NCBI GenBank assembly: GCA_036397755.1
Contig: DASWII010000024.1
Coordinates: 9,957-73,956, forward strand
Direction: 5' to 3'
Source of the DNA: Gemmatimonadales bacterium
GTDB taxonomy: Bacteria > Gemmatimonadota > Gemmatimonadetes > Gemmatimonadales > GWC2-71-9
DNA: 64,000 nt
Shown piece by piece: positions 36,950-46,444 of this stretch (position 1 is its first letter; each line of letters starts with the position of its first letter). A model generated the notes under the pieces. It did not search any database, was not told the origin of the DNA, and saw only the letters and a program-made list of their open reading frames with translations. The translations under genes and the position numbers were made by a program.

Positions 36950-38189
36950 GATTGTGCTCCGGCATCGGTATACTGTCGGGTTTGACTTTCGGCACCGAAG
37001 CGGTGTCCGCGCCGTGCTCCATGCCCGGCATGGCGCTTCCGGTACTCGCCAGCCGAGACTCGGCGTCGACCAAGAAGTTGGCTGCGGCTACGATGGTCAG
37101 GCCCTCGGTGAGGCCCCCGAGGATCTCTACCTGATCTCCGGCACGGGCACCGAGCACCACCTCGGCGGGCGTCAACACGCCCTCGCTATCCCGCACGAAC
37201 ACCAGGTTGCGCTGGCCCGTCACCACCACCGCCTCGGACGGCACCGCGATGACATTGGTGCGCTCGACGTCAAAGTAGATCGTGGCATACATGCCCGGTT
37301 TGAGCCGCAGCCCCGGATTGGGCACGGTAACACGCACTCGATTGGTGCGGCTGTCCGGATCCACCGTGGGATAGACGAAGCTCACCCGCCCCATCAGGTG
37401 CTCGCCAGGATAGGCTGCCACCTCGATGTGGGCCTGCGAGCCCACCCTCACGAACTGGAGGTCCTGCTCGAACACGTCGCCTTCCGCCCACACGGAGGAC
37501 AGGTCGGCAATGCGATACAGGCGCATCCCCGGCATGACCTGCTGGCCCTCGAGCACGTTTTTCTCAAGCACGATGCCATTCACCGGAGAGACGAGAGTCA
37601 GCGTCTTGGTGATCTCGCCTGATCGCTCGACCTCCTCGATCTGCTGCGGGGTAATGTCCCAATAGGCCAGGCGGCGCCGGGCAGCGACCAGCGTCGCCTG
37701 CGCGTTGGTCCAGGTCTCGCCCGCCGCGGAATCCACCTGCGTCGCCAGCCGCCGGGCCGTGAGCAGTTCCTGTTGCGCCGCCACCAGCATGGGGCTGTAG
37801 ATCGTGAGCAAGGGCTGGCCCTGCCGCACGGCCTGGCCGGTGTAGCTCACGGACAGGTTCTCGGCGAAGCCGTCGATCTTCGGCGTCACGTCGGCGATTT
37901 GGGGCTCCGGAGCCGCAACCGTCCCCACGGTCCGGATGGTGCGCGTCAGGGTCCCGCGCCGGACCGTGGTGTAGATCACGCCCAGCGCACGCTCCTGCGC
38001 GGCCGTCAGGTGCACCGGCTGGCGCATGACCGCGCCGGTGGTGTCGACCGCGCCTTGCGCGCCGCCGGCTTGCATGCGCGCGTGTTCCTCCGCCGTCATA
38101 CCCCCCAGTGGCACATCGTCCGCCTTTCGCTCGCACGCGCCAACAAGGAGGGCCGCGGCGGCGAGCAGCAACAACAATCGGCCGCTCAT
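36942..38189 (-). CDS. Efflux RND periplasmic adaptor (CusB-like membrane fusion protein), lipoprotein
   Basis: The ATG at 38189 forms an ATGA overlap with the upstream OMF stop. MSGRLLLLLAAAALLVGAC is the lipobox. Barrel-sandwich/beta-barrel MFP signature (FVRVGSQAHIEV, ...VVVTGQRNLVFV). The upstream 121 codons of the listed ORF are implausible. Confidence 0.9.
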   Translation of the reverse strand: MSGRLLLLLAAAALLVGACERKADDVPLGGMTAEEHARMQAGGAQGAVDTTGAVMRQPVHLTAAQERALGVIYTTVRRGTLTRTIRTVGTVAAPEPQIADVTPKIDGFAENLSVSYTGQAVRQGQPLLTIYSPMLVAAQQELLTARRLATQVDSAAGETWTNAQATLVAARRRLAYWDITPQQIEEVERSGEITKTLTLVSPVNGIVLEKNVLEGQQVMPGMRLYRIADLSSVWAEGDVFEQDLQFVRVGSQAHIEVAAYPGEHLMGRVSFVYPTVDPDSRTNRVRVTVPNPGLRLKPGMYATIYFDVERTNVIAVPSEAVVVTGQRNLVFVRDSEGVLTPAEVVLGARAGDQVEILGGLTEGLTIVAAANFLVDAESRLASTGSAMPGMEHGADTASVPKVKPDSIPMPEHNHD

Positions 38190-39493
38190 CGGACGCCTCC
38201 GATCTCCGCTCCCACCAACGCCGCGATCTCGGCCACGGCCTTGTGATAGCCGGCCACCAGTCGCACACTCTCGGTCTCGTAGCGATTCACCGTCATCTGA
38301 TTCTCCACTAGGCTCATGTAGTCCACCCTGCCCACCCGATACGCCGCCAGCGCCGCGTCCACCGAGGCCCGCGCCTGCGGTACGATGGACGTCGCATACA
38401 GGCTCGCCAGGTTGAGGCTCTTTGCGGCATCCGCCCGTATCTCGACCAGCATCGCGAACGTCTCGTTGGTGAGATCGAGGGCCTCGGCCTCCGCCATCGC
38501 CTGCATCGCCAGCATCTCCCGGCGCATCGGGAGCTGGCGCCGGCCGGCCCAAATCGGCAAACGGACGCCCACCATGAAGGTGGCCATGTCGTCGAACGCG
38601 GGGCGCTGGCCGTAGCTCACGCCCAGCATGACATCGGGATACAACTCGCGCCGCGCGGCCCGGTAGCCCGCTTCGGCGGCGCCCGCGCGCTGGCGCGCCG
38701 CCTGAAGCTTGGGCCGCCGAGCGTCGGCCAGCGCCATAAGCGAGTCCACGCCAGGCAACGAGCGGTCGGGCGCGGGCAGTTCCAGAGCGCCGATCGGCAC
38801 CGTCGCCTCTCGGCCTAAGAGCGCGTTTAACCGACCGGCCATCGCGATCCGCCCCTGGGCCATCGCGGTGATCTCTTCGGTCATGCGGGCGACGCCGACC
38901 TGCGCTTGGAGCACGTCCTGCTGGAGTCCCGAGCCTACGGCGTACATGGTCAGCGAGACTTGGACGAAATCCCGCAGCAGATCCCGCGACTCTCCCATCA
39001 GCGCGAGCGCGCGATCCATGTAGGCGAGGTCGTAATAGACACTCTTGACACGGGCGACCAGCATCAGCTCAGCATCTTCCGCGTCGAGCTGATCGGCGCG
39101 AGCCAGCCGCTCAGCCCGAAGCTTGGCAAAGCTCAGCATGCCCGGCCAGGGCAGCATCTGCGTCAGCTGGACCTGGTTCATCGTCATGGGATCCATGGTC
39201 GACCCAAGACTGCCGACCATGCGGTTCATCAGGCCCAGTGACAGCTCGGGGTCGGGCAACGTGCTGACTTGCGGTATGCGCTCTAGCGCCGCTTCGGCCT
39301 TGAGCCGGGCGGCGCGCAGCATGGGGTTGCCCGAGCGGGCCTGCGACAACGCTTCCGAGAGGCGAAGCGTGTCCCCGGGAGTGGGTGTTTGCAGTGTAGC
39401 ACTCGCTGGTGCGGCAAACAGCAGCGCGAGCACAACCATCCTGGTCGCGCGCCTCATGCCGCCACCGCTCTGAGGCGGGGTGAAGTTGCTCAT
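38186..39493 (-). CDS. TolC-family outer membrane efflux protein (CusC-like)
   Basis: LRLSEALSQARSGNPMLRAARLKAEAA plus duplicated OEP repeats. Start at Met109 (39493, AGAGGA upstream) or Met121 (39457). Confidence 0.85.
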   Translation of the reverse strand: MSNFTPPQSGGGMRRATRMVVLALLFAAPASATLQTPTPGDTLRLSEALSQARSGNPMLRAARLKAEAALERIPQVSTLPDPELSLGLMNRMVGSLGSTMDPMTMNQVQLTQMLPWPGMLSFAKLRAERLARADQLDAEDAELMLVARVKSVYYDLAYMDRALALMGESRDLLRDFVQVSLTMYAVGSGLQQDVLQAQVGVARMTEEITAMAQGRIAMAGRLNALLGREATVPIGALELPAPDRSLPGVDSLMALADARRPKLQAARQRAGAAEAGYRAARRELYPDVMLGVSYGQRPAFDDMATFMVGVRLPIWAGRRQLPMRREMLAMQAMAEAEALDLTNETFAMLVEIRADAAKSLNLASLYATSIVPQARASVDAALAAYRVGRVDYMSLVENQMTVNRYETESVRLVAGYHKAVAEIAALVGAEIGGVR

Positions 39494-39537
39494 GGGGTTT
39501 CTATTCCTCTTCGCGTACGATCCTGGCACTGCCGTGT

Positions 39538-39553
39538 CGCAGGAAGCACACCA
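39538..39553 (-). promoter_or_regulatory. Candidate sigma-54 (-24/-12) promoter for the RND operon
   Basis: The minus strand reads TGGTGTGCTTCCTGCG, with the correct GG-N10-GC spacing against the consensus TGGCACG-N4-TTGC. The GC lies 46 nt upstream of the ATG at 39493. Confidence 0.35.
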
Positions 39554-40079
39554 AACCATGAAGTAACGTAACCCGTTACGACACTGATCTTTACAATGTT
39601 CGATCGGGATTGGTGACCGATCGCCCGCCGCCAGGACCCGCGGCCGTTGGGGCTTTTGCCCCACGAGGTCAGCCGCGCCCTGGACCCAACGGCGGCGGAA
39701 CAACACGCCACGGGCCACACATGCTCGACTCCTCGGTCCCACGAATCGAGCTACGGGCGGTCTGAACGCGGGGGCTGCGCTCCGCATCGCCGCGGTTGCT
39801 ATGCGGAGCGCTTTCATCGCTTCACCTCAGTCCGATCGGTTGTCGACCATCCCCCCTCGAGAATGCGCACTCGCTGCCGGTCGCTGAGGTCCCAGACTTG
39901 CGCCTGTTCTCGAGGACGAAGCAACTTGAACACCGCAGGTGACAGGTGCCTAACTGTCGCAGTTCCAGGAGATTGGCTGCGCCACCGCGACGCGTGACCC
40001 TCGACATGCACGGGGCGATTGGCCCGAGCGCCGGGGGAAATGACCCGCACACCAACGCACGAGGGCAACGACGATCCAG

Positions 40080-41831
40080 GTGGGGAGAAGTTTGGTGCTC
40101 CGCGACAAGCTCCTCGCGTTGCTGTTCGCCTTCGGCGCCGTTCCTCTGGCCGTCGCGATCGCCGTGAGTTATGCGGTGGGCAAGAGCACAGTGACGCGGC
40201 AGGCGGAAGCGGCCTTGCGCGAGCTGACACAAACGCAAGCGGTTCATCTGGCCACCGAGCTGAGCCGCCAGCGACTGCTGTTGCGCACAATCGCGGGCCA
40301 GGTGCCTCGTTCGGCGGAACGCGGGCGTATGTCTTCAACCCGCCTGGCGCAGCTCCTGGTGCAGGGGCTGCCGGAGGGTGGCGTGTTCGATGGCCTGCGG
40401 ATCGTGCTCCCGGACGGCCGGATCCTGGCTAGTGTGGCCTTGGGAAACACGGCGCCGCACTGGCCGCCGCAGGCGCCGGCGGAGGAGTGGACCGACACCC
40501 GTGTCGTCGTACACCGCGAGGGCGACCGCGTATGGGCGTACCTCGTCGCCGTGCAGCTGCACGACACCACCGCGATTGCCTGGCTCGAGGGTCACGTCCG
40601 AACGGAAGACTTCCGCCGGGTGTTCGCGGTTCCGGCACACCTCATGGAGGGCGCCGAGTCAGGCGTCTTCGAGTCGAGCGGCGCGCCGATCCTGGTGGGG
40701 CACGAGCATGCCAGCCCCGGCCTCGCCGCCATGTTCGCGTCCGTCAGCGGAGACACGGCGGGAGTGTTCCGCGCACCCGTCGCCGGACAGCGCTCGCTCG
40801 TGGCTCTGGCACCGGTTCCCACGACGGATTGGGTGTTCGCCACCGCCCTCCCGCTGGACATCGCCCTGGCGCCGCTCGCCCGGCTGCGCAACACGGCGCT
40901 GCTGAGTTCCCTGGTGTTCGTGGTGCTCGTTGTCTTCACGGCCGCCTGGGCCGCACGGTCGGTGACCACTCCGCTCCGTCAGTTGGCCGACGCGGCGCGC
41001 CACTTCGGACGGACCGGCACGCACTGGCCGGTGGCCGCCCATGGAAGTGCCGAGGTCGCCCTGCTCGTGGAGGCGTTCAATCGAATGGCGGGCGATCTGG
41101 ACGCCTCGCGCGCGGAGGTCGAACGCTTGCACGCGCAGGAAATGGAGCGGGCGCAGCAGCTTGCCACCGTTGGTGAGCTGGCCAGTGGTGTGGCCCATGA
41201 GATTCGCAACCCCTTAACGGGCGTGCTGGGAGCGCTCGACCTCGCGTTGAAGAGTTCGGCGCCGCAGAATGCCGCACGGCCGTTGCTGGAGGAAGCCGGG
41301 CGCCAGCTCCGCCGCATCGAGCGCACGACACAGCAACTCCTGCGCTACGCCCGCCCGCCGGAGCTGCGAGAGGTGACGGTGGACGCCAACGAGCTCGTGG
41401 CGCGGGCCGCCCAGCTGGTTGCTCCACAGGCGAGCGCGGCAAGCGTCACGTTGCGAACGGAGCCGGAGGTGGAGGCGGTGCCGGTCCAGGTAGACCCGGA
41501 ACTCATCGTGCAGGTGCTGGTCAACCTGATGTTGAACGGGATCGAGGCCATGTCGGGTGGTGGCGACTTGACGGTCTGGGTCACGCACCATGCGACGGAG
41601 GTGTGGATCGGGGTGCGCGACACCGGGCCGGGCATCGCCGCCGAGCGACGGTCGCAAATCTTTCGGCCGTTCTTCACGACCAAACACACGGGCACCGGCC
41701 TCGGCCTGTCCATCTCGCGCCAGATCGTCGTGCGACACGGCGGATCGCTGCGGCTGGAGGACACACCCGGCGGGGGAGCGACGTTCGTGGTCGCCCTGCC
41801 TCTGGCCGAAACGACGGGGAGGCCATCGTGA
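40080..41831 (+). CDS. Sensor histidine kinase (two TM helices, ~250-aa periplasmic sensor, HAMP, HisKA, HATPase_c)
   Basis: H-box ELASGVAHEIRNPLTGV, N-box LVNLMLNGIEA and G-boxes DTGPGI / GTGLGLSIS. An alternative GTG start at 40095 follows GGGGAGAAG. Confidence 0.85.
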   Translation: MGRSLVLRDKLLALLFAFGAVPLAVAIAVSYAVGKSTVTRQAEAALRELTQTQAVHLATELSRQRLLLRTIAGQVPRSAERGRMSSTRLAQLLVQGLPEGGVFDGLRIVLPDGRILASVALGNTAPHWPPQAPAEEWTDTRVVVHREGDRVWAYLVAVQLHDTTAIAWLEGHVRTEDFRRVFAVPAHLMEGAESGVFESSGAPILVGHEHASPGLAAMFASVSGDTAGVFRAPVAGQRSLVALAPVPTTDWVFATALPLDIALAPLARLRNTALLSSLVFVVLVVFTAAWAARSVTTPLRQLADAARHFGRTGTHWPVAAHGSAEVALLVEAFNRMAGDLDASRAEVERLHAQEMERAQQLATVGELASGVAHEIRNPLTGVLGALDLALKSSAPQNAARPLLEEAGRQLRRIERTTQQLLRYARPPELREVTVDANELVARAAQLVAPQASAASVTLRTEPEVEAVPVQVDPELIVQVLVNLMLNGIEAMSGGGDLTVWVTHHATEVWIGVRDTGPGIAAERRSQIFRPFFTTKHTGTGLGLSISRQIVVRHGGSLRLEDTPGGGATFVVALPLAETTGRPS

Positions 41832-43225
41832 GCGGCAAAGACCGGCTGGTTCTGGTGGTGGACGATGAGAACCTCATTCGCGTGTGGCTGGAGGCGCACC
41901 TGGGCGAGTCAGGCTACCAGGTGGCCGTCGCCGAGAACGCGGCCAAAGCAAGAGCGGCGTTCGCGACGACCCCCCCAGCGGCCGCGCTGCTCGACCTGAA
42001 GTTGCCCGACGGCTCGGGCCTGGATCTGCTACGGGAGTTCCTCGAGGCGGATCCCGAGCTGGTGGCCGTGATTCTCACGGCACACGGCGACATCGGCACG
42101 GCGGTGGAGGCAGTGAAGCTGGGTGCGTATCACTTCCTGGAAAAGCCTCCCAAGCTCGAAGAACTGGTGGTCACGCTCGAGAAGGGCCTGGAGACCCGGG
42201 CCCTCAAGCGCACGGTTTCGGCGCTGCGCCGGCAGGCCGGCTGGCAGTTCGCCGGCGTCGAAGTCGTGGGACGGTCGCAGGCCATGCAGCGGGTGGTGGA
42301 TCTCGTCGGGAAGGTGGCGGCCAGTGAGGGCACCACGGTGCTGGTGCGTGGGGAGAGCGGCGTGGGGAAGGAAGTGGTGGCCCGCGCAATCCACGCGCAG
42401 AGCGCCCGGTGGGAGTCCCCCTTCCTCGAAATCAACTGCACGGCACTTCCTGAGACGTTGCTCGAGTCCGAGTTGTTCGGGCACGAGCGAGGGGCCTTCA
42501 CCGACGCGAAGGAACGGAAGCAAGGGCTCCTCGAGCTGGCCGACCACGGAACGATCTTGCTGGATGAGATCGGCGATCTGCCAGCCGGTTCGCAGGCGAA
42601 GCTGCTGCGTTTCCTGGAGACGCGGACGTTCAAGCGCGTCGGAGGAGTACGGGACATCACGGTGGACGTGCGCATCATCGCGTCCACCAACCGCGACCTG
42701 GAGGCGGGGGTGCGGGACGGCACATTTCGGAGGGATCTCTTCTTCCGCTTGAACGTGATTCCCATCGTCATTCCGCCGTTGCGCGAACGCCCAGAGGACG
42801 TCGAGCCGCTGGCGCACCATTTCCTGCAAGCGATGACCACGGCCCTCCGCCGCCCGGCGCGGCAGATACCGCGTGACTCGCTGGCCATGCTGGAGCGCTA
42901 CGCGTGGCCCGGCAACGTGCGGGAGCTCAAGAATGTGATCGAACGGGCCGTGATCCTCGAGGAAGGCCCGGAGATTTTGCCCGCGCACCTACCGGACGAG
43001 CTCAAGCCGGGCGGGCGGGCGCTGGATCTCGAACCCGGTTTCCGGCTTCCGGCGGGCGGGATCAATCTCGAGGAGCTGGAGAAGGATCTACTCCTGCAGG
43101 CTCTTGAGCAGTCGCGCGGCAACAAGACGCGGGCGGCCGAATTGCTGGGACTCACCCGTGACACGCTCCGCTATCGAGTCGAGAAGTACACTCGCTCAGG
43201 CAAGGCCGAGGCGGGCGGGAACTGA
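41828..43225 (+). CDS. Sigma-54-dependent response regulator (NtrC/ZraR class: REC, AAA+, Fis-type HTH)
   Basis: The GTG at 41828 overlaps the kinase stop (GTGA). REC domain LVLVVDDE...LLDLKLPDGSG, Walker A GESGVGKE, sigma-54 contact loop ERGAFTDA (a GAFTGA variant) and C-terminal HTH NKTRAAELLGLTRDTLRYRV. Confidence 0.9.
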   Translation: MSGKDRLVLVVDDENLIRVWLEAHLGESGYQVAVAENAAKARAAFATTPPAAALLDLKLPDGSGLDLLREFLEADPELVAVILTAHGDIGTAVEAVKLGAYHFLEKPPKLEELVVTLEKGLETRALKRTVSALRRQAGWQFAGVEVVGRSQAMQRVVDLVGKVAASEGTTVLVRGESGVGKEVVARAIHAQSARWESPFLEINCTALPETLLESELFGHERGAFTDAKERKQGLLELADHGTILLDEIGDLPAGSQAKLLRFLETRTFKRVGGVRDITVDVRIIASTNRDLEAGVRDGTFRRDLFFRLNVIPIVIPPLRERPEDVEPLAHHFLQAMTTALRRPARQIPRDSLAMLERYAWPGNVRELKNVIERAVILEEGPEILPAHLPDELKPGGRALDLEPGFRLPAGGINLEELEKDLLLQALEQSRGNKTRAAELLGLTRDTLRYRVEKYTRSGKAEAGGN

Positions 43226-43296
43226 GCAATCCGGCGAACACCGGCCAATATCGCAGATCCGAACGGCGTGCGGCGGCAATTCGCCATGAAGCTCGG

Positions 43297-44685
43297 TCAA
43301 CGGCCGGCTCGCGGCAACGCCTCCGGCAGATCCGCCACGACGTACGCCATGACCGCCATAGTGGCAACGCACAGCGCCACGTCGTGCGGATCGAGCTTGT
43401 CGATCGTGTCCGCGTCGGTGTGGTGATACCAAAATAACCTGGACTCATCCACGTCCAGCCCCATGCCGGGCACGCCCTCGCGCATGATCGGATCGATGTC
43501 CGCCCCGCCTCCACCCCGGTTGATCCTCCCTGCCCCGATGCCGTCGAGCAGCCGACCGACTTCCTGCGCGATCGCGAAGGCGGCGTCGGACCCCGAGAAA
43601 CCGAATCCAGCGGGCTTGAACACCCCGCCATCCGACTCGATCGCCAACACCGTGCGATCCAGCTCGTCCACGTGCGCGTCGCGGTATCCGGTGCCGCCGC
43701 GCAGACCGTTCTCCTCATTCGTCCACCCCACCGCGCGGATGGTCCGGCGGGGTCGCAACCCTAGGGCCTTGAGCAGGCGAATGGCCTCCCACGCGGCGAC
43801 GACACCACCGGCATCGTCCATCATCCCCTGCCCAACATCCCACGAGTCGATGTGACCACCCATCACGACGTACTCATCGGGGAGCTCGGTGCCGCGAAGT
43901 TCCGCCACCACGTTGCGGGACTCCACGTCGTCCTCGTCGCGGGCCTCCATGGTGAGGCGCACCACCACGCGTTCACCACGACGCTGCATCCGGTGCAACA
44001 TCTCCGCGTGCTCCACGGTGATCGCGGCGATGGGAATCCGCGGTACCGAGTCGCCGTAACCCATCGCACCGGTGTGGGGCGTTTGCTGGGAGTACGGCGT
44101 CACGGACCGGATCAGCGCGGCCACGGCCCCCGCTGAGCTGGCGGCGTCGGCACCCCGTGACCGGTAGCGCACGGTAGCCCCATAACTGGTGAACGGGGCG
44201 TTGAAGAGCACGATCTTCCCTCGGGCCTCCTCGGCTCGTTCCGACAGCTCCGCGAAGCTCGCCACGACCAAGACCTCCGCCGTGATCCCTCCAGGCGGCG
44301 TTCCGATGCTCCGTCCCAATCCAAGCATGGGCAGCGCGAGCGGTCGTGGCTCGACCAGCTCCGCCGATTCCCGTCCCCTGATCCACCGCGGGACCATGAC
44401 CGGTTCTCCCCGCACATTGTCCAGCCCATCCTCCTTCATCCGTTCCAGCATCCAGTCGATCGCCCGCTCCAGGCTCTCGGACCCACTGAACCGGTGACCG
44501 AACCGGTCGCCAAGCTCGGCGAGCCGCTCGTACGCCGAACTGTCGGCCACGGCGGCCGCGATGATTCGGTCCGCGGCATTGCGGTAGCGCGAGACGATGT
44601 CAGACTGGGCCAGCCCGTCGGTCGGGACGGCGGCGGTAAGCGACAATGCCACAACGAGTTGGCCAATGAGGGTGTGTGCGTACAT
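43297..44685 (-). CDS. M28 family metallo-aminopeptidase with PA domain, secreted
   Basis: GGHIDSWDVGQGMMDDAGG and WTNEENGLRGG are Zn-ligand motifs. The signal peptide begins at Met14. Confidence 0.85.
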   Translation of the reverse strand: MYAHTLIGQLVVALSLTAAVPTDGLAQSDIVSRYRNAADRIIAAAVADSSAYERLAELGDRFGHRFSGSESLERAIDWMLERMKEDGLDNVRGEPVMVPRWIRGRESAELVEPRPLALPMLGLGRSIGTPPGGITAEVLVVASFAELSERAEEARGKIVLFNAPFTSYGATVRYRSRGADAASSAGAVAALIRSVTPYSQQTPHTGAMGYGDSVPRIPIAAITVEHAEMLHRMQRRGERVVVRLTMEARDEDDVESRNVVAELRGTELPDEYVVMGGHIDSWDVGQGMMDDAGGVVAAWEAIRLLKALGLRPRRTIRAVGWTNEENGLRGGTGYRDAHVDELDRTVLAIESDGGVFKPAGFGFSGSDAAFAIAQEVGRLLDGIGAGRINRGGGGADIDPIMREGVPGMGLDVDESRLFWYHHTDADTIDKLDPHDVALCVATMAVMAYVVADLPEALPRAGR

Positions 44686-44777
44686 TTGAGGTCTTTCGGC
44701 GGGTCTTGAGAGAAAATTCACCACCCCTTTATGGGGGGAGGGAAAAACTTAACCGTGATTCAAACTTCTCGTTTCCC

Positions 44778-45383
44778 ATGACAACCGACGTGCTCGCCGG
44801 ATCACCACGGGTTCGGGCCCGGCACGCGCGGCGACGCGCGGAGATTCTCCATGCGGCGCTCGCGGCCTTCCGCCAGAACGGGTACCACACCACGACGCTA
44901 GACGATATCGCTGGTCGGTTGGGGATTCGCAATACCGCGCTGTATCACTACTTCCCCGACAAGGAAGCGATCCTGTACGCTTGTCATCAGGAGTCGCTCG
45001 CCGAGCTCGAGCGCATTCTGGATGAATCCGAGCACGTCGACCATACAGCGCGCGCCCGACTGGCTTTTCTCGTGCGCGAACACGTACGCGTCATGATCGA
45101 CACGCTCGAGGGGTCACCGCTCGCGTTTGAGGTATCCGCCCTGTCACCACAGCACCAGGCGGAGGTCATTCGTCGCCGCGACCGTTACGAGCGTGCGATC
45201 CGCGAACTCGTTGCCGACGGCATCGGGGCGGGAGAGTTTCGCACCGTCGATCCGAAGACGGCGACCTTTGCCATCCTCGGCGCGATCAATTGGATCGCCC
45301 GCTGGTACCGACCGGGTGGCGGTCTCAACGCCTCGCGATTGGGCCAGGACTTTGCCGAGCATCTCGTTGGAGGACTCACATGA
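44778..45383 (+). CDS. TetR/AcrR family transcriptional regulator
   Basis: The HTH TTLDDIAGRLGIRNTALYHYFPDKEAIL follows the ATG at 44778. Confidence 0.85.
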   Translation: MTTDVLAGSPRVRARHARRRAEILHAALAAFRQNGYHTTTLDDIAGRLGIRNTALYHYFPDKEAILYACHQESLAELERILDESEHVDHTARARLAFLVREHVRVMIDTLEGSPLAFEVSALSPQHQAEVIRRRDRYERAIRELVADGIGAGEFRTVDPKTATFAILGAINWIARWYRPGGGLNASRLGQDFAEHLVGGLT

Positions 45384-46444
45384 CCGCCGTCACCGACACC
45401 AGAAAGTTCACCGCGCGCGCCCCCGCGAGCTACGACTTCCGCGAGATTCTGTACGAGAAGAAGGACCAAGTCGCGCGCATCACACTCAACCGTCCACAGG
45501 CCTACAACGCCTACTCGACCGAAGCGCTGGAGGAACTCGCGACAGCGTTCCGCGACGCCAGCTTCGACGATGCGGTGGGCGTCATCGTGTACACCGGCGT
45601 GGGCGATCGGGCGTTTTGTACCGGCGGCGACGTGAAGGAATACGCCGAGAGCTACGTGCGCACGCCGCGTGACTATTGGAAGTACATGGCCTTGTTCCGG
45701 GCGTACATCGAGGCGATTCTCAACACCGGGAAGCCGGTGGTGGCACGCATCAATGGGATGGCGGTTGGCGGCGGCAACGAAAGCCAACTCGCGTGCGACC
45801 TGAGCGTCATGGCGCAGCACACGTTCATCAAGCAGGTCGGCACGCACGTGGGCTCCGTGGCGTGCGGCGGGTCGACGCAGTGGCTGCCACTGGTGGTGGG
45901 CGACAAGCGCGCCCGCGAGATCCTGATGCTCAACGAACCGATCCCCGCGCTCAAGGCGCTGGACTGGGGCCTGGTGAATTGGGTGGTGCCCACTGTCCGC
46001 AAGGGCGACCAGTGGATCGACGAGGCCGACGCGACGGAAATCAAGCACGCGCAGCGGGGCGAGGAGGATTACACCATCGACTTGAGCCGACTCGACACGA
46101 CCGTCGCCGACGTGTGCCGGCGCCTGCTCGCGTCCTTCCCCGAGTGTACGCGCTACACCAAGCAGCAAGTCAACTTCTGGAAGGACCTGGCTTGGCACTC
46201 GACGGTACGGCACGCGCAGGATTGGCTGAGCCTGCACTACACGTGCTGGGAGCCTGCCGAGGGTATGCAAGCGTTCGTGGAGAAGCGCGCCGCCCGGTAC
46301 GACTTGCTCCGCGAGCGAGCCGCGGAGGGCCGGTCGTCCGAAACCCCGTGGGGCACCCCGGTGGCGGCCTGCGCGGCGTGCGGCGCCAAAGGGCTACCCG
46401 CCGATCACCGGTACTGTGGCGTATGCGGCGTACCGCTCTCGTAA
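45380..46444 (+). CDS. oah: Crotonase-fold ring-opening hydrolase, 6-oxocyclohex-1-ene-1-carbonyl-CoA hydrolase (Oah/BamA)-like, with a C-terminal CxxC-X12-CxxC zinc-ribbon tail
   Basis: VYTGVGDRAFCTGGDVKEYAESY...YMALFRAYIEAIL..KPVVARINGMAVGGGNE..ACDLS runs parallel to my memory of Thauera Oah. The 354-aa length also fits. ATGA overlap with the tetR stop. Confidence 0.72.
   Translation: MTAVTDTRKFTARAPASYDFREILYEKKDQVARITLNRPQAYNAYSTEALEELATAFRDASFDDAVGVIVYTGVGDRAFCTGGDVKEYAESYVRTPRDYWKYMALFRAYIEAILNTGKPVVARINGMAVGGGNESQLACDLSVMAQHTFIKQVGTHVGSVACGGSTQWLPLVVGDKRAREILMLNEPIPALKALDWGLVNWVVPTVRKGDQWIDEADATEIKHAQRGEEDYTIDLSRLDTTVADVCRRLLASFPECTRYTKQQVNFWKDLAWHSTVRHAQDWLSLHYTCWEPAEGMQAFVEKRAARYDLLRERAAEGRSSETPWGTPVAACAACGAKGLPADHRYCGVCGVPLS

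Noticed and set aside
39524-39541. A plus-strand TGGCACtgccgTGTCGCA motif, considered as a sigma-54 promoter for the kinase/regulator operon.
   Set aside because: The GG-to-GC spacing is wrong: the dinucleotide at the N10 position is TC. It also sits about 540 nt upstream of the kinase start. The opposite-strand element at 39538-39553 has the correct spacing and position for the pump operon.
39620-40079. ORFs 39647-39997 (+), 39814-40338 (-) and 39822-40247 (-) in the pump/kinase intergenic region, considered as a CusF/ZraP-like small metal-binding protein.
   Set aside because: The translations are Arg/Cys/Pro-rich with no signal peptide, no Met/His metal motifs and no ribosome-binding sites. 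Two of them overlap the kinase gene.
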